From a virus (taxonomy: Duplodnaviria > Caudoviricetes), in IMG/VR virus record IMGVR_UViG_3300020147_000004, positions 1 through 61,553 of that record: a DNA stretch of 61,553 nucleotides; one strand, given 5' to 3'. Positions 10,353 through 18,987 of the stretch are shown here, one piece after another; within the stretch, counting starts at the first letter, position 1; each line of letters starts with the position of its first letter. A model generated the notes under the pieces. That model saw only the letters and a program-made list of their open reading frames with translations. It had not been told where the DNA came from and did no database searches. Both the position numbers and the translations under genes were made by a program.

Positions 10353-11653
10353 GTCGTTTCTCCTCGGCTCGCAATCAACTCGGCAATCCTCTCGGCAGTC
10401 CGCCGCCACGTCAGCCGCTCGGCAAGCGCTCCCGCCTTCGCGTTCAGCTCGTCGCGGTACGTCTCGTCCGTGAGCGCGCGGATCACCCGGTCACGCCAGA
10501 ACGGCACCCAGTTGCCATCGGGCTCTTTGCCCTTGAACATCTCCGTCGGCTGCAAGTCGGAGTAGACCGCCGCGAGCGCGTCGCAGTCGGTGATGATGGG
10601 GCAGGCACGCGCGGCGCAGCACTCGAGGATGGAGCACGAGAACCCTTCGCTCCACGTCGTCGTGTCGCACGGGTAGGCCTGGACTTCCGCCTGCGCCATC
10701 TCCCTTTCGATGGTCTCGCGGCTCACGGAATCGCGCAGCGTCACGTCGAGACCGCCGTGCTCTTTGAAGCGGCGGAGGCACTCTTCGACGTAGTTCGCGC
10801 GGGCCCGGAGTGGCTCAATCGGCGGAAAGTAGGGCGTCCCGTCGAAGCCGCGCAGCCACGGCTCGAGGCGGTAGAAGATATGCAAACTGGCGTGCGGGAC
10901 GGCGCGCTTGATTGCGGGCCATTCTTGGAGGAGCCAGTGGAGTCCGCGGTCGGGCGAAGAGCAGTAAATTACGCGGCCGGGGATCTTCTCGAATGGCTTG
11001 GTCTCGGGGTACCAGTGCCCGGGCCCGTCCGTCCGGAAGCGCAGGCCGCATGGCGGGCACCACGGCTCCTCGGGGCGGTCAGTCTGACGCACCCAGAGCG
11101 AGCCGCCGCACTTCGAGCAGGTGCCTTTGATGTCGTACCGCCACGGGTCGCACCCAAGCTCGACGACCGTCCACTTGTCCGGCTCCGGCTCGTACAGCGC
11201 TTTCCCGTCCGGGAACTCGGGGCCGGTCTCGACCTTGCGCCATTCGGGATTGTTGAACAGCTCCTCCGCGTGCGCCGCGCTGGGCGAGCAGAACAGGTCC
11301 ACCCACTCGTGAAAGCCAACGCGGTTGTGCGTCGTCTGGTTCAGCCAGTACATGCAGACGCGGAACGATGTCGCCGGCACGCCACGGAGAAGGTCGGGCT
11401 CGTTGATTGCGATGACCGCGTCGAACTCACCCATCGGCGAGTCGATCGGCTCAATCTTCACGCCGTGCCATTCCTTGTCGTTGGACACGGTCCGCAAAAC
11501 GACTTCATGCCCCAGCGCAGCCAGCTCCTCCGCAATCCGCACCGCCCCGAGCTCGCTTCCGGTCAGGCCGCGGGGGTCGGACCAGAGCGAACCGAAGTCC
11601 ATGGTCTTTCTGAAGGCCAAACAGAGGCCGCCGAAGAGGACTGCGATTTTCAC
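10220..11653 (-). CDS. GT-B (GT4-like) glycosyltransferase with a Cys4 insertion
   Basis: GLTGSE, IYCSSPDRGL, YPCD..WSEGFSCSILEC; paralogous to the C-terminal half of 11650-14085. Confidence 0.8.
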   Translation of the reverse strand: MKIAVLFGGLCLAFRKTMDFGSLWSDPRGLTGSELGAVRIAEELAALGHEVVLRTVSNDKEWHGVKIEPIDSPMGEFDAVIAINEPDLLRGVPATSFRVCMYWLNQTTHNRVGFHEWVDLFCSPSAAHAEELFNNPEWRKVETGPEFPDGKALYEPEPDKWTVVELGCDPWRYDIKGTCSKCGGSLWVRQTDRPEEPWCPPCGLRFRTDGPGHWYPETKPFEKIPGRVIYCSSPDRGLHWLLQEWPAIKRAVPHASLHIFYRLEPWLRGFDGTPYFPPIEPLRARANYVEECLRRFKEHGGLDVTLRDSVSRETIEREMAQAEVQAYPCDTTTWSEGFSCSILECCAARACPIITDCDALAAVYSDLQPTEMFKGKEPDGNWVPFWRDRVIRALTDETYRDELNAKAGALAERLTWRRTAERIAELIASRGETTCPKTTEETPTPPQLPPSGGTKPSAAKSRSRTKGGSPKPAKSTT

Positions 11654-14085
11654 GCCGCCCCCTTGAACGCCGGCACGACGTTGTCCTTCACGTCCAGCAG
11701 CACCCCGCGCAGCATCCGGTCCCACTGCTCAGCCAGCGAATCGAGATTGAAGTTCGCGCGGGCGTAGAGCTGCAGGTCTTCGCGCGACATGCGCTCCCAC
11801 TCGCCGCGGAGCGCCTTCACCATCTCGGCCACGAACGCCGCCTTGTAGCTCTCCGGTTGCGCCGCTCGATGGTCCGGAATGAACCCGTCGAGCAGCACGC
11901 CGCGGGTGCTCACCGTCTCGGCAAGGGCGGCCAGCGCAGAAGAGACGATGTAGAGGCCGGCGGACTGGGCTTCAGCCGCACCGATACAGCTCGTCTCGGT
12001 AAAGCCCGTCGGGTAGCCCCAGACGCCAGCGCCGAGCATCTCCCTCGCCAGCTCCTCCTGATTCACCCGTCCGCGCAGGAACACCCCGGGCAAAGTCCTC
12101 GCGAGGTGCTTAATGCGCCGGAGCAGCGTGGAGAGCTCCGCATCGTTCGTCGCCGCGATGGTCTTCTCGATGTTGTCCATCCCGTAGAAGACGTGCAGCT
12201 CCGCGTCGGGCACCTCAGCGCGAATCGCCGGCCAGCATTCGAGCAGCGTGTGCAGTCCGCGGTCAGGAGAGCTCGAGTAGATGACCTTGTGCGGGTTGCG
12301 CTCCACGTCGATCGCAAACCGCTTCGGGTCCACCCCGTTCCGCGTCTGATGGATCTTCTCCTTCGGCAGGAACGGATAGACCTGCGCCAGCACTTCGCGG
12401 TGCCACTCGCTGAGCGCCAGCACGCGGTCGAACCGCAATGCGCGCCTAGTGTCGAGCGCCTCGCCGCAATGCACGTCGTGGACGTAGAGCAGCCGGCACC
12501 CGGCCTTGACCTGGAACTCGTCGTCGATTGCCGCCGGCTGCCGCGACGAGATCAACACGTCGCACTCAGTGCCGGCGTAGCGCGACGAATCGAGCCACTC
12601 GACGCCTTCGAACAAGCCCTCTTGCCCCGCGGCGCACTGCCCGAAAACCCGGACGCGGTGCCCGAGCTTGCGCAGCCGCCTGGACAGCTCCCACACCATC
12701 GTTTCCGAGCCGCCCATCCCGCCCGCCATGAGCGTCTGCGGGTTCCAGGGCTCGAGCCCGTAGCCGACGAAGAAGACGATATCGAGGTAGCCCGGCTCTT
12801 TCAGCTGCGGAGCGGGCGGAGCGGACGGAGCCGGCGGGAGCAGCTGATCCACGCTGCCGCCCTTCAGCAGGTGCGCAATCATCTGCGCCGACTGCGGGGG
12901 CAGCTTCCCGTACTGGTGCAGCTTGTCGAGCCCGCTCATTACAGAGCGCGAGGACAGCTCCGTTTCGCAGAGCTGCGAAACGCCCGTGAGGAACTCGTCG
13001 CCCGGGAGACCTTCGAGACCCTTCTGACATGCCTCGAGCGCGCCTTCGACGTTGCCGAGCTTCAGCAGCACGTCGGCGAGGATGCGGCGCACTTCGAACC
13101 GCTTCATCGGGTTCACGAAGAGCACCGTGTCCGCCTCGGGAATGGTCAGCCCGAGCTGCGCAAAGTGCGCCGCGCGCCGGATGTTGTAGTCCGTCTCGAC
13201 GCCCTGCCGCGCGAGCTCGTAGAAGCACTCCGCGAGAACCCAATACGGCTCGGGCCAGGCCTTAACGACCATGGACTTGAGCGCCCAGTCGATCGCAGAC
13301 TCAAAATCGCCCATCTGCTGGTAGATGCGCGCGACCTCGAAGTGAGCGAGGCACTTCTCGTCGTGCCAGTTCGAAAGCTCGATGTACCGGCGCAGCGTCA
13401 TCAGCGCCTTGCCCCACTCGCCATGCCGCGAGAGCTCGACGCCGAAGTAATAGAGCGCGCGAACGTCGCCCTCCACGACACGCCCAACGTACTTGCGCAG
13501 GATGCGAAGGTTCCGCTGCGGGTCGGGCGCCTTGGCCGACAGGTGCTTGCGATGCATCCGCTTCACGAGCGTCGTGGGCGGCATCGTCACGACCTGGACG
13601 CCGGGCTTGGGCATCAGCACCTCGTGAACCGGCACTTGCCACGTGAAGTTTTTGGCAGGGACCGCGAGGTTTTCCCGCTGGTGCAGGCAGATGACGCGGC
13701 CTTGATTGTCGTACTCGTACTCGTACGGGATGAGCCACTGCGCGGTCTCGGCCGGCCGTTGCGCGATGAGCGTACGCAGGTGCTCCCCGCCGACAAGCAC
13801 GTCGTCCGCGTCGATCCAAAACTGCGCGCACTCGGGGCCGATGAGGCTGAGCGCGTGATTCCTTGCGAGAGCGAAGTCCTCGATCTGCTCGGTCGCCGGG
13901 TCGTTGCAGGAGAGAAATACGTCGAAGCGGTCGGCGTAGCGGCGGGCGATGTCGGGGGAGTTGTCTACGCTGCCGGTATCGACGACAACGAGACCATCCA
14001 CGTGCGGGCGGACGGACTGCAGGCAGGCTTCGAGCGTGGCGCTATCATCGCGGCAAAGCACCGCGGCGACGATCGGAGTGGTCAT
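11650..14085 (-). CDS. Tri-domain glycosyltransferase: GT2 + TPR repeats + GT4-like
   Basis: VDTGSVD, FALARN, WIDADD (DxD), VHE; TPR-like helices; then GMGGSET, IYSSSPDRGL, YPTGFTETSCI. Confidence 0.88.
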   Translation of the reverse strand: MTTPIVAAVLCRDDSATLEACLQSVRPHVDGLVVVDTGSVDNSPDIARRYADRFDVFLSCNDPATEQIEDFALARNHALSLIGPECAQFWIDADDVLVGGEHLRTLIAQRPAETAQWLIPYEYEYDNQGRVICLHQRENLAVPAKNFTWQVPVHEVLMPKPGVQVVTMPPTTLVKRMHRKHLSAKAPDPQRNLRILRKYVGRVVEGDVRALYYFGVELSRHGEWGKALMTLRRYIELSNWHDEKCLAHFEVARIYQQMGDFESAIDWALKSMVVKAWPEPYWVLAECFYELARQGVETDYNIRRAAHFAQLGLTIPEADTVLFVNPMKRFEVRRILADVLLKLGNVEGALEACQKGLEGLPGDEFLTGVSQLCETELSSRSVMSGLDKLHQYGKLPPQSAQMIAHLLKGGSVDQLLPPAPSAPPAPQLKEPGYLDIVFFVGYGLEPWNPQTLMAGGMGGSETMVWELSRRLRKLGHRVRVFGQCAAGQEGLFEGVEWLDSSRYAGTECDVLISSRQPAAIDDEFQVKAGCRLLYVHDVHCGEALDTRRALRFDRVLALSEWHREVLAQVYPFLPKEKIHQTRNGVDPKRFAIDVERNPHKVIYSSSPDRGLHTLLECWPAIRAEVPDAELHVFYGMDNIEKTIAATNDAELSTLLRRIKHLARTLPGVFLRGRVNQEELAREMLGAGVWGYPTGFTETSCIGAAEAQSAGLYIVSSALAALAETVSTRGVLLDGFIPDHRAAQPESYKAAFVAEMVKALRGEWERMSREDLQLYARANFNLDSLAEQWDRMLRGVLLDVKDNVVPAFKGAA

Positions 14086-15008
14086 GACTTGAGAAACTCC
14101 CTGAGCCCATCTTCGAGCTTCACCGCCGGCTCGTAGCCGAGCTCATAGCGCGCGCGCCGGATGTCGGGGCAGCGCCGATTCGGATCCCCACCGCTCGGCC
14201 AGTCGTCAGGCGGCTCGATGACCTCGACTTTGACGCCAGCCATCTCCGCCACCGCCAGCATCGAGACTTCCGGCTTGTCGTTCCCGATGTTGTAGGCAAC
14301 GCCCGGCCTACCCGCGACGAGTGCTTGCAAGCACCCGCGCACCGTGTCCGTCACGTAGCAGAAAGTGCGCGTCTGCCGGCCGGTACCGTAGATGCGGAGC
14401 GGCTCGCCGAGCCTCTTCGCGCGCCTAAGGTTGGGCATAAACCGCCGGTCGTCGTCGCTCATGCCCGGGCCGTACGCGTTGAACAGCCGGACCACGACGG
14501 CCTGGACGCCCTTGCGCGCGTAGATACTGCACAGCGTCTCGCCCACGCGCTTGCCTTCGTCGTACGGCGCGCGGTCGCCCATCGTGTCGAGAGCCCCTAA
14601 GTAGGATTCGGACGTGGGTACCTCGGTCGGGTCGCCGTAGATCTCCGAGCTCGAGAAGAACAGCACCCGAGCGCCCCAGAGCTCCGCGAGCCGCAGCACG
14701 TTTTCCGTGCCCTCGGCGCTGGCTCTCAAGGCGCCGAGCGGATTGCGCCGGTAGTGCCAAGGCGAGGCGATCCCCGCGGCATGCAGGATGTAGTCGTACG
14801 GCTGGGCCTTGCGGAACGAATGCACGAAGTCCGCGGCCGTCACGTCGCAGCCCTCGTCGCCGCTCCGGATGTCCAGACCGAGGCAATCGACCCGGAGCGC
14901 TTCGATCGCGTCGCAAAGGTGCGAACCGAGGAAGCCTCCGGATCCGGTCACCAGAACGGACTTGCCGTCCAAGGCGGAGGTGACGGAGTCGGGGAGTGCG
15001 AAGTTCAC
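14082..15008 (-). CDS. uxs: UDP-glucuronate decarboxylase (UDP-xylose synthase)-like SDR
   Basis: GSGGFLGSHL, AGIASPWHY, SSSEIYGDP, YDEGKR, QTRTFCYVTD, DPNRRCPDI. Confidence 0.8.
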   Translation of the reverse strand: MNFALPDSVTSALDGKSVLVTGSGGFLGSHLCDAIEALRVDCLGLDIRSGDEGCDVTAADFVHSFRKAQPYDYILHAAGIASPWHYRRNPLGALRASAEGTENVLRLAELWGARVLFFSSSEIYGDPTEVPTSESYLGALDTMGDRAPYDEGKRVGETLCSIYARKGVQAVVVRLFNAYGPGMSDDDRRFMPNLRRAKRLGEPLRIYGTGRQTRTFCYVTDTVRGCLQALVAGRPGVAYNIGNDKPEVSMLAVAEMAGVKVEVIEPPDDWPSGGDPNRRCPDIRRARYELGYEPAVKLEDGLREFLKS

Positions 15009-15313
15009 GATGTGACCCACAGCAGGAACCAGCCGCTGGCCACCGCGAACAAGGGCCTGAGGAGCATCTTCGCGAGCGGGTGCCACCACGGCTCGCCCTC
15101 GTCGCGCTTCGGCTGCGAGTGATAGGTCAGGAAGTACACGACCATTGCGAAGCCGATCGCGCCCACCATTGTCAGCGGCGGCACGCCCAGCGGCACGATG
15201 AACCAGCCCCAGAGCTTGCGTAGCGCCCAGCCGTTCAAGACCGTGCTGACCACGACAATCACCGGGAGCGACAGGAGCAGCGCAACACCGGCAGCCTTCT
15301 TATCGTCGTCCAT
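15005..15313 (-). CDS. Small multi-pass membrane protein
   Basis: Three hydrophobic segments; LWGWFIVP. Confidence 0.6.
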   Translation of the reverse strand: MDDDKKAAGVALLLSLPVIVVVSTVLNGWALRKLWGWFIVPLGVPPLTMVGAIGFAMVVYFLTYHSQPKRDEGEPWWHPLAKMLLRPLFAVASGWFLLWVTS

Positions 15314-15684
15314 CACTTCTCCACCATGTCGTCGAAGAACCACGCGAGCTCTCGGAACGCCGATGTGATGACGGCTCCGTCCGGATAGAACAGATAGCCA
15401 CCGTCTCCCCACCACGTGTGGCGGCATTCGCGCAAGTCGCCCAACGCCCCCTCTCCGTGGAAAATCGTGAAGACCTTCTCGTCAGAGCCGTCGAGTTCGC
15501 GTTCGGCAAATGTCAGAACGGCGAACTTGAGCCAGAAGGCGCTGGTCCGGTTCAGTGCCAGGTACCCGTCGCCCGCCAGCCGGCGCACTTCGAACTTCTG
15601 ACGGATGGCGTCCAGCGGATACATAGGGTCGCCGTTGTCGTCGAACTCCGGCTCGCCCAGCCAATCGACTTTGGGCCCGGTCAT
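15313..15684 (-). CDS. Hypothetical protein
   Basis: GGAG RBS; coupled start and stop. Confidence 0.55.
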   Translation of the reverse strand: MTGPKVDWLGEPEFDDNGDPMYPLDAIRQKFEVRRLAGDGYLALNRTSAFWLKFAVLTFAERELDGSDEKVFTIFHGEGALGDLRECRHTWWGDGGYLFYPDGAVITSAFRELAWFFDDMVEK

Positions 15685-16655
15685 TTCTCCCCTGCGTAGA
15701 TCTGCGCCAACCGCGCCGCGTTCTCTCTCGCCCAGTCGTAGATGACGCGCATGCCGATCGGCGTGGAGACCTTCGGAGCCCACCCGGTCGCCGCAAGCAG
15801 CGCAAACGTGTCCGTCACGAACAGCTGGTCTTCGTGCTTCCGCCCCGGCCCTTGCCGCGATGGCGACTTCGAGCCGAACTGGCGGAGAATGTCGTAGGCG
15901 CCTGCAACGCTGATGACGTTCGCGGGGCCACCGCCGAGGTTGAAGACCTTGCCACTCAGCTGCTCGATGTTCTCCCACCCGAGTAGGGCAGCCTCGGCAA
16001 CATCCGAAGCAAAGAGCATGTCGCGACGCTGCGAGCCGTCGCCCTGGATTTCGATGGGCCAGCCGAGCGCAGCGCGGATGCAGAATGCCGTAAGCCAGCC
16101 GTGTCTAGCGCCGTGAGGCGCCGCGTTGCCGAACAGATTGGAGCAGCGGTACGTGACGAGGGGGATGCCGTAGCTGCGCGCGTAGGCCATGCACGCCATG
16201 CTCTGCGCGGCCTTGCTCGCGGCGTATGGCTCGTCAGGCTCGAGCGGGAAGGACTCATCGGCGCCGCAATCGGTGATGCCGTGGAGCCCGTACGGCTTCA
16301 CACTCGAAAGCACGACCGTCGGCTTCGGGTTCTTCCGCAGCGCCTCGAGCAGCGCGATTGTCCCGTCCACGTTCCGCTGCCAATCGTCGAGCGGCTCCTC
16401 CGCGCTGTACGGGATGCCCGTTGAAGCAGCGGCATGGAACACCCGGTCGCAACCCGCTACGATGTCCGCGAGCACGCGCGGAGTGAACCGCTCGAGTCGT
16501 AGGTCGTAGTAGACCGGCCCCGGAAAGCTGTTGAAGTAGTGCCGCGCAGCGTTGCCGTCGTCGATGATGGTGACCGCGTGGCCCTCGGCGTGGAGGCGCT
16601 TGGCGAAGAGGGACGCGACTAGCCCTCGGCCCCCCGTGATCAGGTATCGCATCAA
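15681..16655 (-). CDS. NAD-dependent sugar epimerase, CDP-paratose 2-epimerase (RfbE)-like
   Basis: GGRGLV, SSVKPYG, YAASK, RCSNLFG, HGWL, GDGSQRRD. Confidence 0.75.
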   Translation of the reverse strand: MMRYLITGGRGLVASLFAKRLHAEGHAVTIIDDGNAARHYFNSFPGPVYYDLRLERFTPRVLADIVAGCDRVFHAAASTGIPYSAEEPLDDWQRNVDGTIALLEALRKNPKPTVVLSSVKPYGLHGITDCGADESFPLEPDEPYAASKAAQSMACMAYARSYGIPLVTYRCSNLFGNAAPHGARHGWLTAFCIRAALGWPIEIQGDGSQRRDMLFASDVAEAALLGWENIEQLSGKVFNLGGGPANVISVAGAYDILRQFGSKSPSRQGPGRKHEDQLFVTDTFALLAATGWAPKVSTPIGMRVIYDWARENAARLAQIYAGEK

Positions 16656-16927
16656 AACCCCGCCGCTTTCTTTATCGGCAGAACCACCGCCGCACCGCTC
16701 GGATTAGGCCCGAAGGCCAGCCCGGCCCCGCGACCGACGACTGGGCCACCTTGCCACATTGCGCCACCGGTTGGCACGGCTTGCCACATTGCCTCGACCC
16801 CGACCTTCAGCGCCTCGCGGGCGATCCGGCTGACCGACAGAAACGGCATTCTCTCGCGCAATTCGGCCAACTTCGCCAGCGTCTCATCGCTGATGGGAGC
16901 GTTGAACCGACGCGTAGGGAGTGCCAT
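16652..16927 (-). CDS. Ribbon-helix-helix-like DNA-binding protein
   Basis: RRFNAPIS strand, DETLAKLAELRER helix, SVSRIAREAL helix; first gene of the glycosylation operon. Confidence 0.6.
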   Translation of the reverse strand: MALPTRRFNAPISDETLAKLAELRERMPFLSVSRIAREALKVGVEAMWQAVPTGGAMWQGGPVVGRGAGLAFGPNPSGAAVVLPIKKAAGF

Positions 16928-16930
16928 ACG

Positions 16931-16988
16931 TGGCACATAATGTCTCATAACGGCACACTTGAACGCAAGCACATTCGTGTGGCAAAAT
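16931..16988. promoter_or_regulatory. Triple heptamer box plus rightward promoter of the lysis cassette
   Basis: TGGCACA/TGTCTCA/CGGCACA at 10-bp period (16931, 16941, 16951); TTGAAC-N18-CAAAAT. Confidence 0.6.
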
Positions 16989-16994
16989 CGACCG

Positions 16995-17222
16995 ATGAGC
17001 CGAAATTGCACCACCGTCCCGATGGTCGGCCTGGTCGTTCCACTGTGCATGGCTGCCACGGCAACACTGCTGACAGGGTGCCCGTCCCAACCCGAGACGC
17101 CCCCGTGTGACGCCGCGACGCTCGCGCAAATCACAGCGACCTGCCCGAGCGAAGAGGAGTGCAATCGGCTGCTCGATGAGCGGCAATCGACCTGCTCGAA
17201 GCGAATCGAGGCGGACAAATGA
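16995..17222 (+). CDS. Cys-rich lipoprotein (spanin-like candidate)
   Basis: Hydrophobic signal ending in an LTGC lipobox; located in the lysis cassette. Confidence 0.55.
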   Translation: MSRNCTTVPMVGLVVPLCMAATATLLTGCPSQPETPPCDAATLAQITATCPSEEECNRLLDERQSTCSKRIEADK

Positions 17223-17580
17223 AGGCTCTCGAGACGGTCGCCAACATCTTGGCGAAGCTCCCGCCCGAGGCCGTCAAAGGCTTCGTCGATCTGCTGAATG
17301 CTCTGTTGGCGGGCCGCCCCGACAAAGCCGAACGACTCGCGCGACTCACCGCTGAGACGCTCGCCGCAAAAGAGATCGTCAAGCGCAGGTTCAGCAAGTG
17401 ACCTCCGCGTTCTGGCGAACGTTGGAGCGCGAAATCGACGCCGCGCATCGCGAGGCAGACAAGAGTGACGAACTTGAGCGGCGGTGGGTCGCGCTCACTG
17501 CACTGCCCATCGCGCACGAAGGCGACGAACGTCGTGACTGCGATGTCCCCGGCTGCTTCGTGTGCGGAGACAAGACGTGA
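17219..17580 (+). other. Two coupled 60-aa ORFs (17219-17401, 17398-17580)
   Basis: ATGA/GTGA overlaps. Confidence 0.5.
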
Positions 17581-18314
17581 TCGTCCCCTGCGCCGCACTC
17601 TGGCCCAAGCGCGATCCGATCGATTTCTTGCTCCATTGGTGGGGAATCGCTGAAGCGCTCGGCGCGCCACGCACTCGCGCGCGCCCGTTCCTCATCGGCA
17701 TTCGCGGCGCAAAGGAAGGCGACAAGGAGACGCATCAGCCCGTCCACCGCCCGGCGTACGACGACACGTTCGTGCTCATCCCACCCGCGGAGCTCGGGCC
17801 CACCGTCGTCTTCCCCGGCGCGACTCACTCCTATCAGCGCGACTCGAAGCTCTCGCCCGACGTGGACGGCGACAAGCGCGGAGATGTCGGCTCCATCCGC
17901 TGCGGCCGCTACGAGCTCAAAGACATGGGCAGCAAGCCGCACCCCATCTTCCTGCTCACCAACACCGACGGAACCGGGCAAATACCGGCGCACCGCGACA
18001 CTGACCACGACGGCGTCATCAGCGAGGCCGAAGCGCTGCGGAGCGAGACGGCCACGACCGGGAAGCAGGTCAACGCGCAGGGCCACTACGCGACCGCCGT
18101 GCTCTTCCACACCGGCTACGACGCGCCGGCCAATGCGAAGCACCGCAGCTCCATCGCGTGCCAAACCGCGTCGCTCAAGTGGCTCGAGCTCATGCGCGAG
18201 CGGGCCCAGCCGACGGGCGGCGTCATCGACTACGTGCTCGTCAATGCCTGGGACCTCGTGCCCATCGCCGACGAGGCGCGACGCAAACGAGCAGGCGTGG
18301 AGAAAATCGCATGA
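17577..18314 (+). CDS. Putative endolysin with a YkuD/L,D-transpeptidase-like His-Cys motif and EF-hand-like loops
   Basis: LIGIRG, YDDTF, GRY, FHTG...SIACQ; DVDGDKRGD and DTDHDGVISEAE. Confidence 0.6.
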   Translation: MIVPCAALWPKRDPIDFLLHWWGIAEALGAPRTRARPFLIGIRGAKEGDKETHQPVHRPAYDDTFVLIPPAELGPTVVFPGATHSYQRDSKLSPDVDGDKRGDVGSIRCGRYELKDMGSKPHPIFLLTNTDGTGQIPAHRDTDHDGVISEAEALRSETATTGKQVNAQGHYATAVLFHTGYDAPANAKHRSSIACQTASLKWLELMRERAQPTGGVIDYVLVNAWDLVPIADEARRKRAGVEKIA

Positions 18315-18619
18315 GCCAGGCATCAGAGCTCCGGGACATCGCGGAAGCCTTGGAATTTCAGCAAGCACAGCTCGCCGCGCAGAAGGCGCGCAGTGCGCAA
18401 CAAGACGAGAAGATCGGGGAACTCGAGCGCCAGTTCGCCGTCGTCCACCGCGCTCAACAGACCATCGAGAATCAGATCGAAATATTCAGAGTCGGGATGA
18501 AGGACGCGAGCGACCGGCAGGGTCGCGTCATCGACGACAAGTTCCGCGGGCTGACACGGCTCATCGACGACCTGTTCAGGCAGCTACGGAAGGACATGAT
18601 GAATGGCCACGGTGAGTGA
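18311..18619 (+). CDS. Coiled-coil protein
   Basis: Heptad-rich 102 aa starting MSQASELR. Confidence 0.55.
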   Translation: MSQASELRDIAEALEFQQAQLAAQKARSAQQDEKIGELERQFAVVHRAQQTIENQIEIFRVGMKDASDRQGRVIDDKFRGLTRLIDDLFRQLRKDMMNGHGE

Positions 18620-18884
18620 CGAAGAGAAAGCGCGGCTCGCCATCGAGCGACTCAAAGTGCGTGCCGAGATGCGTTCAGCGGGCGAAGACGAGCTGTCCGA
18701 CGTAATCAACCAGCGCGCCGTGTCGCGAACGGAAGCGCCGCCGAAAAGCACGAGCGTGCCGTCGCCTGCCCGAGGACTCATCGCAGTGCTGAACGCGCTG
18801 CCGCCGTGGTCCAGGCCGGTCGTCGTCTTAGCGCTGATTGCCGCCATCGCTGTGCCCGGGTCGAAGTTCGCAGGGTGGTGGTGA
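18603..18884 (+). CDS. Membrane-anchored protein (holin-like candidate)
   Basis: C-terminal hydrophobic helix VVVLALIAAIAV. Confidence 0.45.
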   Translation: MATVSDEEKARLAIERLKVRAEMRSAGEDELSDVINQRAVSRTEAPPKSTSVPSPARGLIAVLNALPPWSRPVVVLALIAAIAVPGSKFAGWW

Positions 18885-18987
18885 GCCCCGTCGCCACAAT
18901 CGAAAAGGACAACTTGAATGACTGCCCAAGTGCGTAATTGGCTGCTCGGCTTCCGGCCATCATCGGGTACTTTCGCGGGCAGTAGGG

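Noticed and set aside
11857-14136. Long antisense ORFs (also 3898-5505, 42384-43985, 56426-58027)
   Set aside because: Shadow frames typical of high-GC coding DNA; no motifs or RBS
6342-16655. DNA hypermodification or Gtr-type serotype conversion as the operon's role
   Set aside because: No base-activating enzyme, replicative polymerase, flippase or large polytopic transferase is seen; disfavoured but not excluded
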